Position numbers and translations under genes: made by a program
From: Verrucomicrobiaceae bacterium
GTDB taxonomy: Bacteria > Verrucomicrobiota > Verrucomicrobiia > Verrucomicrobiales > Akkermansiaceae
Assembly: GCA_051252135.1 (NCBI GenBank)
Contig: JBPOGH010000018.1
Coordinates: 1 to 64,000 of the forward strand
Length of the DNA stretch: 64,000 bases
Direction: 5' to 3'
The notes under the pieces: model-generated
Told to the model about the DNA's origin: nothing
The model's database searches: none
What the model saw: the letters and a program-made list of their open reading frames with translations, nothing else
Shown: piece by piece, positions 1-10,295 of the stretch
Layout: the number at the start of each line of letters is the position of its first letter
How positions within the stretch are numbered: the stretch's first letter is position 1

Positions 1-244
1 AGGACACGGATCTTGGGTGGATGTGGATCCCAGGGTTGAAACCCTGGGCTTTGGACTGTGGTCCTTTCAGGACCGGGAGCCAAGCGATGTGGGCGTATGC
101 CTGGTGGAGAGATTGTCCCATTTGCGGAGTGGTAGCAGGTTGGACGGGGGTTTTCCAGTGTCCCTTCAGGACACGGATCTTGGGTGGATGTGGATCCCAG
201 GGTTGAAACCCTGGGCTTTGGACTGTGGTCCTTTCAGGACCGGG
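1..244. repeat. Tandem REP-like triple-hairpin repeat (2 copies, period 167 bp)
   Basis: 1-77 is identical to 168-244; hairpins GTGTCC-cttca-GGACAC, CCCAGGGT-tgaa-ACCCTGGG, GGTCC-tttca-GGACC. Confidence 0.85.
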
Positions 245-311
245 GGAGGGAGCCAGACGATTTCAAGGTGCTGAGGAAAAGGTAGGCGATTGTATGCCGG
301 TACGCGGTGAG

Positions 312-581
312 TTAGGCGAGGCGGTAGGTGGCGATCCAGGTGGGGATGGCGATGATGAGGAGGAGAATCCAGCCGATGGTTCGGACAGTTTTTGGTTTGT
401 AGCTGATGAGGATGTTGGAGTCCGCGCACCAGGCGGGGAACCAGATGAAGGCGAGGGGAATGAAGAGGAAGAGGAAAAGGCGGGCGGTAATTTTGGGTGA
501 TTCCGAGAATCCAAAGTGAACGATGCTTCCGACGATGAGGAGGGAGAGGATTCTTTCGATCCAGCCGGTTTGGAGATCCAT
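312..581 (-). CDS. Small membrane protein (about 3 TM)
   Basis: 89 aa, three hydrophobic segments, co-oriented downstream of nadE. Confidence 0.55.
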   Translation of the reverse strand: MDLQTGWIERILSLLIVGSIVHFGFSESPKITARLFLFLFIPLAFIWFPAWCADSNILISYKPKTVRTIGWILLLIIAIPTWIATYRLA

Positions 582-642
582 GGTTTGGAATGGTTGTCCT
601 TGCAGGTCTGGGCAATCGGGCGAGACGCCCGCTCTCCCTATT

Positions 643-2586
643 TTAGAGCTCGGAGAGTTCTTCGGCGAAGCCGGAGGAGAGGATGGGGAAGCGGCACCAG
701 GATTTGGGGTCGAGGTTGAGGTCGTCGACGTGGAAGGAGACGGCGTAGCGTTCGCGTTTCCATTGGTTGCGGGACCAGAGGGTGTAGAACTTGATGATCC
801 ATTGTTTCATGTCCTTTTTGGAATGATCCGGGTGGTGACGGAGGGCGAATTCCATGGCGGCTTTGGGGCCTTTTTTGTCACGGATGGCGGCGCGCTCGAT
901 GGTGTCGAGGACGTCGTAGGGCATGAGGTCGGCTTCGTCGGTTTGCTTGTCCTTTTTGGGGCGAAGTTCGGCGGTGGGTTGTTGCTTGTTGATAAAGCCG
1001 AGGGCGGGGTAGGGGCCGGTTTCCTGGAGGCCGGTGGTTTCCATCCAGCGGAGCCATGAGCGGAGGTAGTCCTTATCGATGCCGGCGATGGGGCTGACGC
1101 CGCCGGAGGTGTCGCCATCCATGGTGGCGTAGCCGACGGCTGCTTCCGAGCGGTTGCTGGTGGAGAGGAGGAGTCCGTTGCGGAGGTTGGCGAACATCCA
1201 GATGCCGGGGGCGCGGACGCGGGCCTGGATGTTTTGGCGGGTGAGGTCGTCCTTTTCCCAGCTGAGTTGGCGTTTGAGGACTTTTTCGACGGTGCTCTCG
1301 TAGCCTTCGACGAGTTGGTCGACTTCCCATTCGGCGTAGTCGCACCCGAGCATTTCGGCGACGGCTTGGGCGGCTTGGCGGGTGACTTTTCCGCTATTTT
1401 TGGTGCCTTGGTAGGCGCAGAAGAGGAGCTGTTTCATCCAGGTGGATTGGTCCGCGGGGAGGTCGAGGTAAGCGAGGCGTTTGCGGACGGCTTCGACTCC
1501 GAGCTCGGCGATGGCGAGATCGAGCATGATCTTGGCGAAGCTGGAGACGGCGGCGGAATCGGCGCCTCCGGAGAGGGAGACGACGAAGCCATTGGACCAG
1601 GATTTGCGCATGTAGTCGAAGTAGGCGAGGGCCATGGCGCGGGTGAATTCCTCTTCCTTGGACATGGGTGGGACGGAGGCGTGGCCATCACGGCGGGTGA
1701 CTTGGGGCCAGTCGAAGAAGAGTTCGATCTCGGCGCGGCCTTCGACATCGACACGGCGGCTGGCGGTGCGGGCCTGGTGGAGGCGGTTGCGCTCGATATC
1801 GACTGATTTGACGGCGAGGGTGACTTCCCGGAAAGAGAAGCGGCGGCCTTCGGCGGTGATTTTTCCGTGGTCGGCGATGAGTCCTCCGCCGTCGAAAATG
1901 GCGCGGCCGGATTCGTTTCCGAGGAGATTGGCGTAGACGTAGGCGACGCCGAAGGCGCGGGAGCCCTCGATGACGAAGTGCTCGCGGACTTCTTGTTTGC
2001 CGAAGGCGAAGTGGGAGGCGGAGGGGTTGAGAATGATGTCGATGCCGCTGCCTGCGAAGTGGCTTCCGGGTCGGTCGGCGACCCAGGCGTCCTCGCAGAC
2101 TTCGAGGGCGATGCGGATGCCATCGATGCGGAAGATGGGGTCTCCGATGGGGACCATTTCGCCATCGAAGTCTTCGACCACGACGACGCCCTGGGGCCAG
2201 GCTTTGAACCAGCGGGGTTCGTAGTGGAGGCCGTCTCCGGCGAGATTTTGTTTGGCGACGAGGCCGGCGATTTGTCCATCGACGAGGACGGCGACGGCGT
2301 TGTAGACGGCATTTTTGACCCAGACGGGGAGGCCGACGGCGACGATGAGACCTAGGGTCTCGGGAGTGATGTCGAGGAGGCTTTGCCAGGCGCGGGTGGC
2401 GACCTCGTGGGAGAGGAAGTGGTCCTCGCAGCCGTAGCCGGTGATGGCGAGTTCAGGGAGGCAGAGGACGGAGACGTCGGCTTCGCGTGCTTGGGAGATG
2501 GCTTCGAGGATGCGGCGGCGGTTGCCGGCCCAGTCGAGAGGGATTTGGTTGAGGCAGCCTGCGCCCACGCGGATGGTGTCGGTCAT
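643..2586 (-). CDS. nadE: Glutamine-dependent NAD+ synthetase
   Basis: N-terminal CN-hydrolase domain (LPEL, YEPRWF, VCED), SGGADS PP-loop, QNIQARVR, GYATMDGD, PTAEL. Confidence 0.95.
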   Translation of the reverse strand: MTDTIRVGAGCLNQIPLDWAGNRRRILEAISQAREADVSVLCLPELAITGYGCEDHFLSHEVATRAWQSLLDITPETLGLIVAVGLPVWVKNAVYNAVAVLVDGQIAGLVAKQNLAGDGLHYEPRWFKAWPQGVVVVEDFDGEMVPIGDPIFRIDGIRIALEVCEDAWVADRPGSHFAGSGIDIILNPSASHFAFGKQEVREHFVIEGSRAFGVAYVYANLLGNESGRAIFDGGGLIADHGKITAEGRRFSFREVTLAVKSVDIERNRLHQARTASRRVDVEGRAEIELFFDWPQVTRRDGHASVPPMSKEEEFTRAMALAYFDYMRKSWSNGFVVSLSGGADSAAVSSFAKIMLDLAIAELGVEAVRKRLAYLDLPADQSTWMKQLLFCAYQGTKNSGKVTRQAAQAVAEMLGCDYAEWEVDQLVEGYESTVEKVLKRQLSWEKDDLTRQNIQARVRAPGIWMFANLRNGLLLSTSNRSEAAVGYATMDGDTSGGVSPIAGIDKDYLRSWLRWMETTGLQETGPYPALGFINKQQPTAELRPKKDKQTDEADLMPYDVLDTIERAAIRDKKGPKAAMEFALRHHPDHSKKDMKQWIIKFYTLWSRNQWKRERYAVSFHVDDLNLDPKSWCRFPILSSGFAEELSEL

Positions 2587-2648
2587 GACGTGGGGAGTGT
2601 AGCCTCGAATTGTGAATAAACCAACTGTGAAGGATTGGTGGGTGGGTA

Positions 2649-3245
2649 ACCGCAGAGACGCAGAGGGCGGGGAGGTTTTATGTTAGGTTTGGGACCAGCT
2701 TTGGATGGTGAGGGGCTGGGGTGGGAGGTTTGCCTCAGTTGTCACAAAAGAAGTGAGGGTGACATGCTGGGGATTTTTGTTTATCACCTTTCGGCAGAAA
2801 AATGAGTGAAGAAGGGGTGAAGCTGAGGGAGGGGTGGATCTCGCATGCCGAGGTGCTTCTTGGAGCAGGGAAGGGGCATCTCGGAGTGATTTGTTATCTG
2901 CGGGATGAAGGCCTGGCGGCCGATGATGCGAAGCGGGTTTCTTATGATATTTTTGACGAAGCGAAGCGGAGGTTGTTGAAGAGCCAGAGGGTGTATCGCT
3001 TTTTGGGATGGGGATTGATTGCCTTTGGTCTTCTGGGGCCGATTCTTCTCTTTGTGTTGAGAAGTCAGATCGTGATTGTTTCGGCTGCCCCTTTGCTCGT
3101 TGGATTGGGTTTTTTGAGCAAAGTGGCGAACCCGAGCCGGTTGCCGGAATAGAGGGCTTGGGGGCTTGGTTGAGGGGGCACCGCAGAGACGCAGGGGGCG
3201 GGGAGGGGGCGGGGAGGTTTTAGGTTAGGTTTGGATGGTGAGGGG
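2649..3245 (+). repeat. Imperfect direct repeats (2649-2715 and 3180-3245) flanking a small gene
   Basis: accgcagagacgcag...ggcggggaggtttta.gttaggtttgg...atggtgagggg is present on both sides. Confidence 0.7.
2802..3152 (+). CDS. Hypothetical membrane protein
   Basis: 116 aa, ATG start, two C-terminal TM segments. Confidence 0.7.
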   Translation: MSEEGVKLREGWISHAEVLLGAGKGHLGVICYLRDEGLAADDAKRVSYDIFDEAKRRLLKSQRVYRFLGWGLIAFGLLGPILLFVLRSQIVIVSAAPLLVGLGFLSKVANPSRLPE

Positions 3246-3372
3246 AGAGTGGTGAATTCTTGGATTCCGGGGTTCGGCTGAAGCCTACACTACGAACTGG
3301 AGGCTTGCGACGCTTCTGGAGCGACGGTGTGGTTCTGGAACGGGGCAGGATGCCCCGGCTCCTTTGGGGTAG

Positions 3373-4482
3373 TCAGGACCAGCCGTGGATGGTGAGGGGG
3401 GTGCGGGGCATTCTGATTTGGACGCGGGCTTCCTGTTGTTGGATTTTCATTTCGCGGAGGAGGTTGCGGGCCTGTTCGTATTCTTCTTTGGCAGAGTTGT
3501 ATTGGTGTTGCTGCATGGAGAGGTCGACGGTGTTGTCTTTTTTGTCTTGGACCATTTCGCGCATGCGTTCGACCTGGCGATCGATGAGGGTGAGGCGGGT
3601 GTTGAGGATCTCCTTGAGGGTGGTGACCTCCCGGGAGGCGTCCTTGAGGTGGAGTTCCGCTTGTTTTTGAGAGGCTACGACTTTCGGGTGATCTTCTCCG
3701 AGGCCGCTGGCGAGGGCGGTGTCCTTGTTGCGAAGGGCTTGCAAATAAGCGGTGTAGAAATTGGATACCTGATTCTCGGGGAGTTCGAGGCCGGCGGCGG
3801 TGCGGATGAGGTCTTCATTCGCGGTGTCGATGAGGCGTTTGATTTGGATTTCGAGTCGGTTGCGGTCTTGCTCGAGTAGGTCGAGTTTCTCGGTGGCGCG
3901 GCGGTACATTTCTTCCTCGGTGCGGCCGATGTTGTTTTCCTCACGGCCTTCGAAATAGGGGATGCCGTATTGTTGGATGATGACGGTGAGGGCTTTGCGT
4001 TTTTCCTGGACGATGTCGCCATGCATTTGGAGTTCCCGATCGAGTGCGTTGAGGGTTTTTTCGGTCCGGTCCCTATCCTGTTGATTGCGGTTGGCGGTGT
4101 AGGCACCGAGGAGAGCTTCGACGATTTTTTTGGCGGTGTCGGGGTCGTCGTGATGGGCAGAAACTTTGACGAGGTTGGTGCCTTCGATGGGTTCAATGTG
4201 GATGGAGTCGGCGATGGTTTGGGAGTTGATTTGTGAGCTTGAGGCAGCGGCGTCGACGGTGTTAGGCGCGGAGAGGATGACGACCTGATTGGCAAAGAAG
4301 GTGTCCGAGGGGACCTTGGTGTCGAGGGGGAGGAGGTCGGTGTTGTGAATTTGGACGGTGGCGGTGCACTGGTGTTTTCCCTCGGGTTTTTCTGCGGATC
4401 CGGTGACGGATTGGGAGTCGCAGGAGGGGAGGAGGAGGGTGGCGGCTGCGAGGAGTGCGGGGATGGTGATTTTTAGAGGCAT
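3373..4482 (-). CDS. Lipoprotein with Wzc/GumC-like (polysaccharide co-polymerase) coiled-coil domain
   Basis: Lipobox LLPS-C; ATVQI, IEPIEGTNLVKVS..DPDTAKKIVEAL, GLGEDHPKV motifs; long coiled coil. Confidence 0.65.
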   Translation of the reverse strand: MPLKITIPALLAAATLLLPSCDSQSVTGSAEKPEGKHQCTATVQIHNTDLLPLDTKVPSDTFFANQVVILSAPNTVDAAASSSQINSQTIADSIHIEPIEGTNLVKVSAHHDDPDTAKKIVEALLGAYTANRNQQDRDRTEKTLNALDRELQMHGDIVQEKRKALTVIIQQYGIPYFEGREENNIGRTEEEMYRRATEKLDLLEQDRNRLEIQIKRLIDTANEDLIRTAAGLELPENQVSNFYTAYLQALRNKDTALASGLGEDHPKVVASQKQAELHLKDASREVTTLKEILNTRLTLIDRQVERMREMVQDKKDNTVDLSMQQHQYNSAKEEYEQARNLLREMKIQQQEARVQIRMPRTPLTIHGWS

Positions 4483-4582
4483 GGCATGGGTTTAGTGGGC
4501 GGGAGGGGGGAGAATGTTCAAAGTGGGGGATTTTTGCTACTTTGGGTTGGGATTTCGATTGGGTGAATTATGGTGCAGGGAG

Positions 4583-7500
4583 ATGACTGGAGTGAGTTTT
4601 ATTTGGAAGGGTGTGCGGCATTATCGGGCGGCGTATGTCGGGGTGTTGTTGGGTGCGGCGGTGGGGGCGATGGTGTTGTTGGGTGCGTTGATGGCGGGGG
4701 ATTCGGTGAAGGGGAGCTTGGCGGGGGCGGCGGCTTTGCGGACGGGGCAGGTGGCGGAGGTGTTTTCGGCGGGGGAGCGATTTTTTGAGGATTCGCTCGG
4801 GGAGCGTGCGGGTGGGGCGGCGATTCTTTATTTGAAGGGGCAGGTGAATGTGGGGGAGCGGGCGGAAGGTCAGGTGCAGGTCTTGGGGGTGGGGGGTGAT
4901 TTTTGGGATTATGCGCCGGAGGATGCTGAGGTGAAACTGGGTGAGGGGGAGTTTGGGGTGAGTGAGCGCTTGGCGAAGGCGTTGGATCTGGAAGTGGGGT
5001 CGGGTTTGGTGGTGCGGCTGCAGAAGCCGGGGTTGCTGTCGCGTGATGCTCCGCTTTCTGGTGAAGGCGAGACGGTGGTGGCGATTCGGGGGACGGTGGG
5101 ACGAGTGGTGACGGATGCGGAATTTGGGCGCTTTAGTCTGGAGGGAACGCAGGTGGCGCCCTCGACGGTATTTTTGCCAAGGAAGCGGCTGCAGGAGGCG
5201 CTGGAGATTCCGGGGAAAGCGAATTTGGTGTTGTTGGGTGAGGGGGTGGACTTTGAGGAGGGGAAGATGAGTCTGGAGGATTTTGGGGTTTCGGTGGTGG
5301 AGGTGCCGGGCGGGATGGAAGTGAGGTCGTCGCGCATTTTTATGGGACCGCAGGTGGAGGATGCGGTGCGGGAGGCGACGGGTGCGGAGCCGGTGATTAC
5401 CTATCTGGTGAATACGCTGGCGACCGAAGTCGGAGAAACGCCGTACTCGATGGTGACGGGGGTGGGTGCGGAGGTGGCGGATTTTTTACCGGGTGATTTG
5501 GGGGATGATGAGATTGTGATCAATGAGTGGCTTTCGGAGGACCTTAGTGCGGGTGCGGGGGATGAGGTGACGTTGGATTATTTTGTGGTGGAAGCAGGAA
5601 GTGAGTTGGTGGAACGGAAGTCGGTTTTTACAGTGAAGTCGGTGGTGCCGATGACGGGAGCGGCGGCGGACAAGCGTTGGATGCCTGATTTTCCGGGGGT
5701 GGCGGAGGTGAAGAGTGCGCGGGACTGGGAGCCGGGGTTGCCTTTGGACCTGAAGCGGATTCGGGATAAGGATGATGCTTACTGGGAGCAGTATAAGGGG
5801 ACGCCGAAGGCCTTTGTGACGGCGGCGGCGGGTGAGGCAATGTGGGCGAACCGATGGGGTAAGGTGACGGGCTTGCGCTTGGCTGGCGGGGAGAAGTTGG
5901 CGGTGGAGGAGAAGGTGCGGGAGGTGCTGACGCCGGAGTTGGCGGGGATGCATCTGCGTGATTTTAGGGCGCAAGCGGAGGAAGCGGCGAAGTCGCCCGT
6001 GGACTTTGCGATGCTCTTTATCAGCATGAGCTTCTTTTTGATTTTGGCGTCGGTGGCTTTGGTGGCGATGTTGTTTGCCTTCAATGTGGAGCAGAGGACG
6101 AGTGAAGGCGGGTTGTTGGCGGCGGTGGGAATTTCGGCGAAGAAAGTGAGTGGCTGGAGGATGGGTGAGGCGCTGGTGGTGATCCTTTTGGGCGGGTTGA
6201 TCGGGGCGGGGCTGGCGGTGGGATTTTGTTTGATTGTGTTGCAGGTGATTGGGTCGATCTGGGGGAGTGGGGGAACGACGTTTTCGTTTCACGCGAGCGT
6301 GGGGTCGATGTTTGCGGGGGGGCTGGCATTTCTGGAGCTCTCTCTGCTTTCGGTTTGGTGGACTTTACGGAAGCAGGCGAAGCGGAGTGCGAGTGTGCGG
6401 TTGGCGAGTGGGTCGGAAGAGGAGCGGGTGGGGAAGAAGGGGACGGTGGCGTTTTTGGTGGTGGGCGTGCTGATGGTCTTTGGGGCGATTGGCTTGGGGC
6501 TGACGAAGGGGCCGCAGGGGGCGTTCTTTTTGGCGGGATTCGGGTTGTTGTTGATGGGGCTGGGGGTGTTTCGGGTGGCGATTTCGAAGAACCAAGATTT
6601 GGGTGAATTGAGTGAGGCGGGGTTGGCGAAAGTGAATGTGAGTCGTCGGGCCTCGCGGAGTCTCACCGTGGTAGGCGTGTTGGCGGCGGGGGTGTTTTTG
6701 GTCTTGTCGGTGACGGCTTTTCGGAAGGATGGCGGAGTGAACTGGCAGGAAAAAGAGAGCGGGGCCGGTGGGTTTGCGTGGTGGGTGGAGACGACGAACC
6801 CGGTGAATCGACCGGCGGATGCGGAGGGTGAGGTGGCTTGGTTTGGGATGAAGGAGGGGGTGGTGCCGTTTCGGATCGGGACGGGTGATGATGTGGATTG
6901 TTTCAATTTGAATTCGACGGGGCAGCCGCGGCTTTTGGGAGTGGAGGCGTCGGCGCTGGAGGGGAGATTTCACACCGATGTGGATTGGACTGTGCTGGAG
7001 GAAGAGGGTGAAGGGGTGCCGGCTTTTGTGGATGAGACGACGATGATGTGGGTGCTGAAGATGAAGGTGGGTGGTGAGTTGAACTATGAAAATGAGTGGG
7101 GGCAGGAGTTTACGGTGCGGATTGCGGGGGTGGTGAAGGATTCGATTTTCCAGGGAAGTCTCATTGTGAGTGAGGCGGCGTTGTTGGAGAAATATCCGTC
7201 GGCCGGGGGATACTCGTTGTTTCTCGTGGAGGATGAGGGGGCGAAGGAAGAGTTGCAGGTGGCGACGGCGGATCTGGGCGGGCAGGTGGTGTCGACGCGG
7301 GATCGGCTGGCGGCGTTTCACGAAGTGGAGAACACCTACATTGCGATTTTTCACGTGCTCGGTGGCCTGGGAATGGTGCTGGGGAGTGTGGGGGTGGGCG
7401 TGGTGACGGCGCGGAATCTGGTGGAGCGTCGGGGCGAGTTTGCGATTTTGAAAACGCTGGGGATTGAGAAGTCGGGGAGGTCGGCGATTGTGATGAGCGA

Positions 7501-7711
7501 GGTGCGGATTTTGATTGGGTGGGGATTGGGGATTGGGGCGGTGGCGTCGATGGTGGCGGTGCTTCCTTTGTTGGGAGAGAAGGTGAAGGTGGGTGATTTG
7601 GGTTGGATGATGGGGTTGTTGGCGGTGATGGGATTGGTGGCTTGGGGAAGCGCGGTGCTTGCGCGGAAGAGGTCGGGCGTGTTGGATGAAGGCCATGGGT
7701 TTTCTGGCTGA
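4583..7711 (+). CDS. FtsX/MacB-like ABC transporter permease (duplicated permease domains)
   Basis: Two FtsX-type motifs (VEQRTSEGGLLAAVG; VERRGEFAILKTLG) and many TM helices. Confidence 0.85.
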   Translation: MTGVSFIWKGVRHYRAAYVGVLLGAAVGAMVLLGALMAGDSVKGSLAGAAALRTGQVAEVFSAGERFFEDSLGERAGGAAILYLKGQVNVGERAEGQVQVLGVGGDFWDYAPEDAEVKLGEGEFGVSERLAKALDLEVGSGLVVRLQKPGLLSRDAPLSGEGETVVAIRGTVGRVVTDAEFGRFSLEGTQVAPSTVFLPRKRLQEALEIPGKANLVLLGEGVDFEEGKMSLEDFGVSVVEVPGGMEVRSSRIFMGPQVEDAVREATGAEPVITYLVNTLATEVGETPYSMVTGVGAEVADFLPGDLGDDEIVINEWLSEDLSAGAGDEVTLDYFVVEAGSELVERKSVFTVKSVVPMTGAAADKRWMPDFPGVAEVKSARDWEPGLPLDLKRIRDKDDAYWEQYKGTPKAFVTAAAGEAMWANRWGKVTGLRLAGGEKLAVEEKVREVLTPELAGMHLRDFRAQAEEAAKSPVDFAMLFISMSFFLILASVALVAMLFAFNVEQRTSEGGLLAAVGISAKKVSGWRMGEALVVILLGGLIGAGLAVGFCLIVLQVIGSIWGSGGTTFSFHASVGSMFAGGLAFLELSLLSVWWTLRKQAKRSASVRLASGSEEERVGKKGTVAFLVVGVLMVFGAIGLGLTKGPQGAFFLAGFGLLLMGLGVFRVAISKNQDLGELSEAGLAKVNVSRRASRSLTVVGVLAAGVFLVLSVTAFRKDGGVNWQEKESGAGGFAWWVETTNPVNRPADAEGEVAWFGMKEGVVPFRIGTGDDVDCFNLNSTGQPRLLGVEASALEGRFHTDVDWTVLEEEGEGVPAFVDETTMMWVLKMKVGGELNYENEWGQEFTVRIAGVVKDSIFQGSLIVSEAALLEKYPSAGGYSLFLVEDEGAKEELQVATADLGGQVVSTRDRLAAFHEVENTYIAIFHVLGGLGMVLGSVGVGVVTARNLVERRGEFAILKTLGIEKSGRSAIVMSEVRILIGWGLGIGAVASMVAVLPLLGEKVKVGDLGWMMGLLAVMGLVAWGSAVLARKRSGVLDEGHGFSG

Positions 7712-8060
7712 TGATGCGCGGGCTGCTTTGCTGAAGATGCGGGCAGTGACAGAGGAAACGCCTTTTGGACCGGAGGTGCTGGTCTACAAGGTGGGGGAGA
7801 AGATGTTTGCGACGCTGGGATTTGAGGACGAAGTGGGGCGGATGAATCTGAAGTGTGATCCGGAGCGGGCGGTGGAGTTGCGGGAGGAATATGAGGCGAT
7901 CCTTCCGGGGTATCATATGAACAAGAAGCACTGGAATACCTTGGTGCTGGATGGGAGTTTGGGGTCGGGGCTGGTGCGGGAATTGATGGAGCACTCGTAT
8001 GATTTGGTGGTGGCGGGGATGACCAAGAAGCAGCGGGAGGGACTGAAAGATGCAGAGTGA
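7686..8060 (+). CDS. MmcQ/YjbR family protein
   Basis: PFGPEVLVYKVGEKMFA, NLKCDPERAVELR, PGYHMNKKHWNT; start uncertain (7686 or 7695). Confidence 0.9.
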   Translation: MKAMGFLADDARAALLKMRAVTEETPFGPEVLVYKVGEKMFATLGFEDEVGRMNLKCDPERAVELREEYEAILPGYHMNKKHWNTLVLDGSLGSGLVRELMEHSYDLVVAGMTKKQREGLKDAE

Positions 8061-8679
8061 TTTGCGAGAGCGGATGCCGGTGCTGGCGATGATGGGGGTG
8101 GTGATTTTGGTGACGGTCTTTGATTGGGGATGGGGGCTGAGTCACTGGATGGCGATGCCGGTTGAGATCACGGGGGCGTGGCAGAATGTGGTGAAGGGAA
8201 GCGGGACGGGGGCTGACTTTTCGGAGCTGGCGACGCTCTTTGGGGCGGCGTTTCTGCATGGGGACGGGAATCATTTGTTGGGGAACATGCTGTTTCTGTG
8301 GATCTTTGGGGTGGCGGTTTTTGAGTTGGTGGGGTGGCGCTGGATGGCGGTGATTTTTGTGGTGACGGCGATCGGGGGATCGTTGGTTCATGTGGCGCTG
8401 GATCCCTACAGTCCGATTCCGATGTTGGGCGCGAGTGGGGCGGTGATGGGATTTGAGGGGGCGTATTTGGGCTTGGCGGTGCAGCGGGCTCGGCCGGAGG
8501 CGCACATTTGGCCGTTGGCGCGGCCGGTATCGGCCAGTGAATTGGCAGCGGCGGGGATTGTGGGGTTGGTATTGGATTTTATGGGGGTGACGGGGCCGGG
8601 CGGGACGGGGATTGCGTATGGGGCGCATATCGGGGGATTTGCGACGGGGTTGATGGTGAGTTTTTTGCGGCGGGGATGA
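8050..8679 (+). CDS. Rhomboid family intramembrane serine protease
   Basis: FLHGDGNHLLGNMLFLW, GASG, AHIGG. Confidence 0.9.
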   Translation: MQSDLRERMPVLAMMGVVILVTVFDWGWGLSHWMAMPVEITGAWQNVVKGSGTGADFSELATLFGAAFLHGDGNHLLGNMLFLWIFGVAVFELVGWRWMAVIFVVTAIGGSLVHVALDPYSPIPMLGASGAVMGFEGAYLGLAVQRARPEAHIWPLARPVSASELAAAGIVGLVLDFMGVTGPGGTGIAYGAHIGGFATGLMVSFLRRG

Positions 8680-8716
8680 AGCTGGTTTAGGGGTTGGGAT
8701 TTTGTAGAGTGGGAGG

Positions 8717-9799
8717 ATGAAACCGGGATTTATTGTTTATGGTTTGGTGGCGGGGATGGTGTGTGGGGATTTGCAGGAGGTGCTTGATGAGGAAGTGAAG
8801 GAGAAGGGGATTCCGGGGATGGGGGCGGTGGTTTTTGATCATCGGGAGATTCTCGTTCAGGTGGAGAGCGGGGTGCGGGAGGTGGGGAAGCGGGGAGAGA
8901 TCGGGAAGGATGATCCGTGGCATCTGGGATCGGATGCGAAGGCGATGACGGCGACGTTGATGGGGCGCCTGGTGGAGAAGGGGCTGGTGAAGTGGGAGAG
9001 TACGCTGGAGGAGATTTTTCCGAAGGAGAGTAAGAAGTTTGATGACGAAGCGAAGAAGATCACGGTGAAGCAGTTGCTAAGTCACACGGCGGGTCTGCCG
9101 GGGAATGTGGATCGGGTGTTGGTGATCAAGGGACAGGCGATGGGGAATCGCGGGATTCGGAAGCAGCGGTCGGTAATTCTGGAGACGGTGGCGGCGAGGA
9201 AGCCGGAGCATGCGCCGGGGACGAAGTATCTCTATTCGAATACGGGATACATCATTGCGGGTGCGGTGATCGAAGAGCTGTTGAATACGACGTGGGAGAA
9301 GGCGATTGTGGAGGAGGTGTTTGAGCCTTTGGGGATTGAGAGTGCGGGATTTGGGGCGCCGGAGGGGAGCAAGTCACCGCGCGGGCATTTGGTGAGGGAT
9401 GGGAAGCGGACAGCGGCTCCAACGGGGTATGCGGGGGATAATCCGGCGATTTATGGACCGGCGGGCGGGCTCTACCTGACGCTCGAGGACTGGGTGAAAT
9501 TTGGCCAGGAGCATCTGATGGGGAGTCGGGGAGCGGGGAAGCTTCTTAAGAAGGAGACGTACGCGGTTCTCCATGAGCCGGTGATGAACAACTATGCCTT
9601 GGGTTGGGGCACCGCGAAGGATGGTTCGGGGAAAGTGGTGCGGCTGCAGCACGACGGCTCGAATACGATGTGGCTGGCGCGGATTGTCCTGGATTTGGAC
9701 AAGGGGAGGGGGATTTGCGTGGTGGCGAATGAGAGAGGGCCGGACACGAGTGATGCGATGGGGAGGGCGGTGGATGAGGGGAAAAAACTCCTTAAATAG
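8717..9799 (+). CDS. Secreted serine hydrolase, beta-lactamase/family VIII esterase fold
   Basis: SxxK (SDAK), LLSHTAG, YSN, HDGS; N-terminal signal peptide. Confidence 0.9.
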   Translation: MKPGFIVYGLVAGMVCGDLQEVLDEEVKEKGIPGMGAVVFDHREILVQVESGVREVGKRGEIGKDDPWHLGSDAKAMTATLMGRLVEKGLVKWESTLEEIFPKESKKFDDEAKKITVKQLLSHTAGLPGNVDRVLVIKGQAMGNRGIRKQRSVILETVAARKPEHAPGTKYLYSNTGYIIAGAVIEELLNTTWEKAIVEEVFEPLGIESAGFGAPEGSKSPRGHLVRDGKRTAAPTGYAGDNPAIYGPAGGLYLTLEDWVKFGQEHLMGSRGAGKLLKKETYAVLHEPVMNNYALGWGTAKDGSGKVVRLQHDGSNTMWLARIVLDLDKGRGICVVANERGPDTSDAMGRAVDEGKKLLK

Positions 9800-10295
9800 A
9801 CTGACTATCAAGAAAGACCACGGAGAGGTCGAGGTCACTGAAGGGGGTTTCTTTTAAAGCGCTTTCAATCAATGGGTGATTGAGATCAGGACAAAGAAAG
9901 GCCGCCGCAAAACCGGAATTGCACATTCGAGATCGTTCATTGGGTTCACCCTGACACAGTAACAAGTACTTGCCTTTTGAACAATCGACGGACAGTGTCT
10001 CGGCCCCCCAGCTAAGGACACTGCCGTTGAATATGGTCATCCAAATTTTGCGGCGGTGTTTCTTGACGCTATTGATGGCTAATAGCAAAAATTGGAGACA
10101 CGCTGCTTGTTTGTCTGAATACGTAAGATAGTGCCCATGGCCCGTATGGGTCAACGTCTGTTTGATCGGCGCGCATTTATACCACTTTTGAGATGTGGTC
10201 GGGCAGGAGGAGAGGCGAGAGTTATGCCATCCCCGCTGAATTCATATCAGAAGGATTGATTGTTAGGTAATCTTAGGGGTTGTTCCGAAGTTGGA

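Noticed and set aside
1..244. Possible CRISPR array
   Set aside because: The repeat is at least 77 bp with a 167-bp period, only two copies are visible and there are no cas genes; it fits a REP-like element
17..274. Short ORFs with repeated peptides
   Set aside because: They are translations of the palindromic repeat
9792..10154. 120-aa minus ORF in a lower-GC spacer
   Set aside because: TTG start, no recognisable motif; cannot be supported, though a remnant is possible
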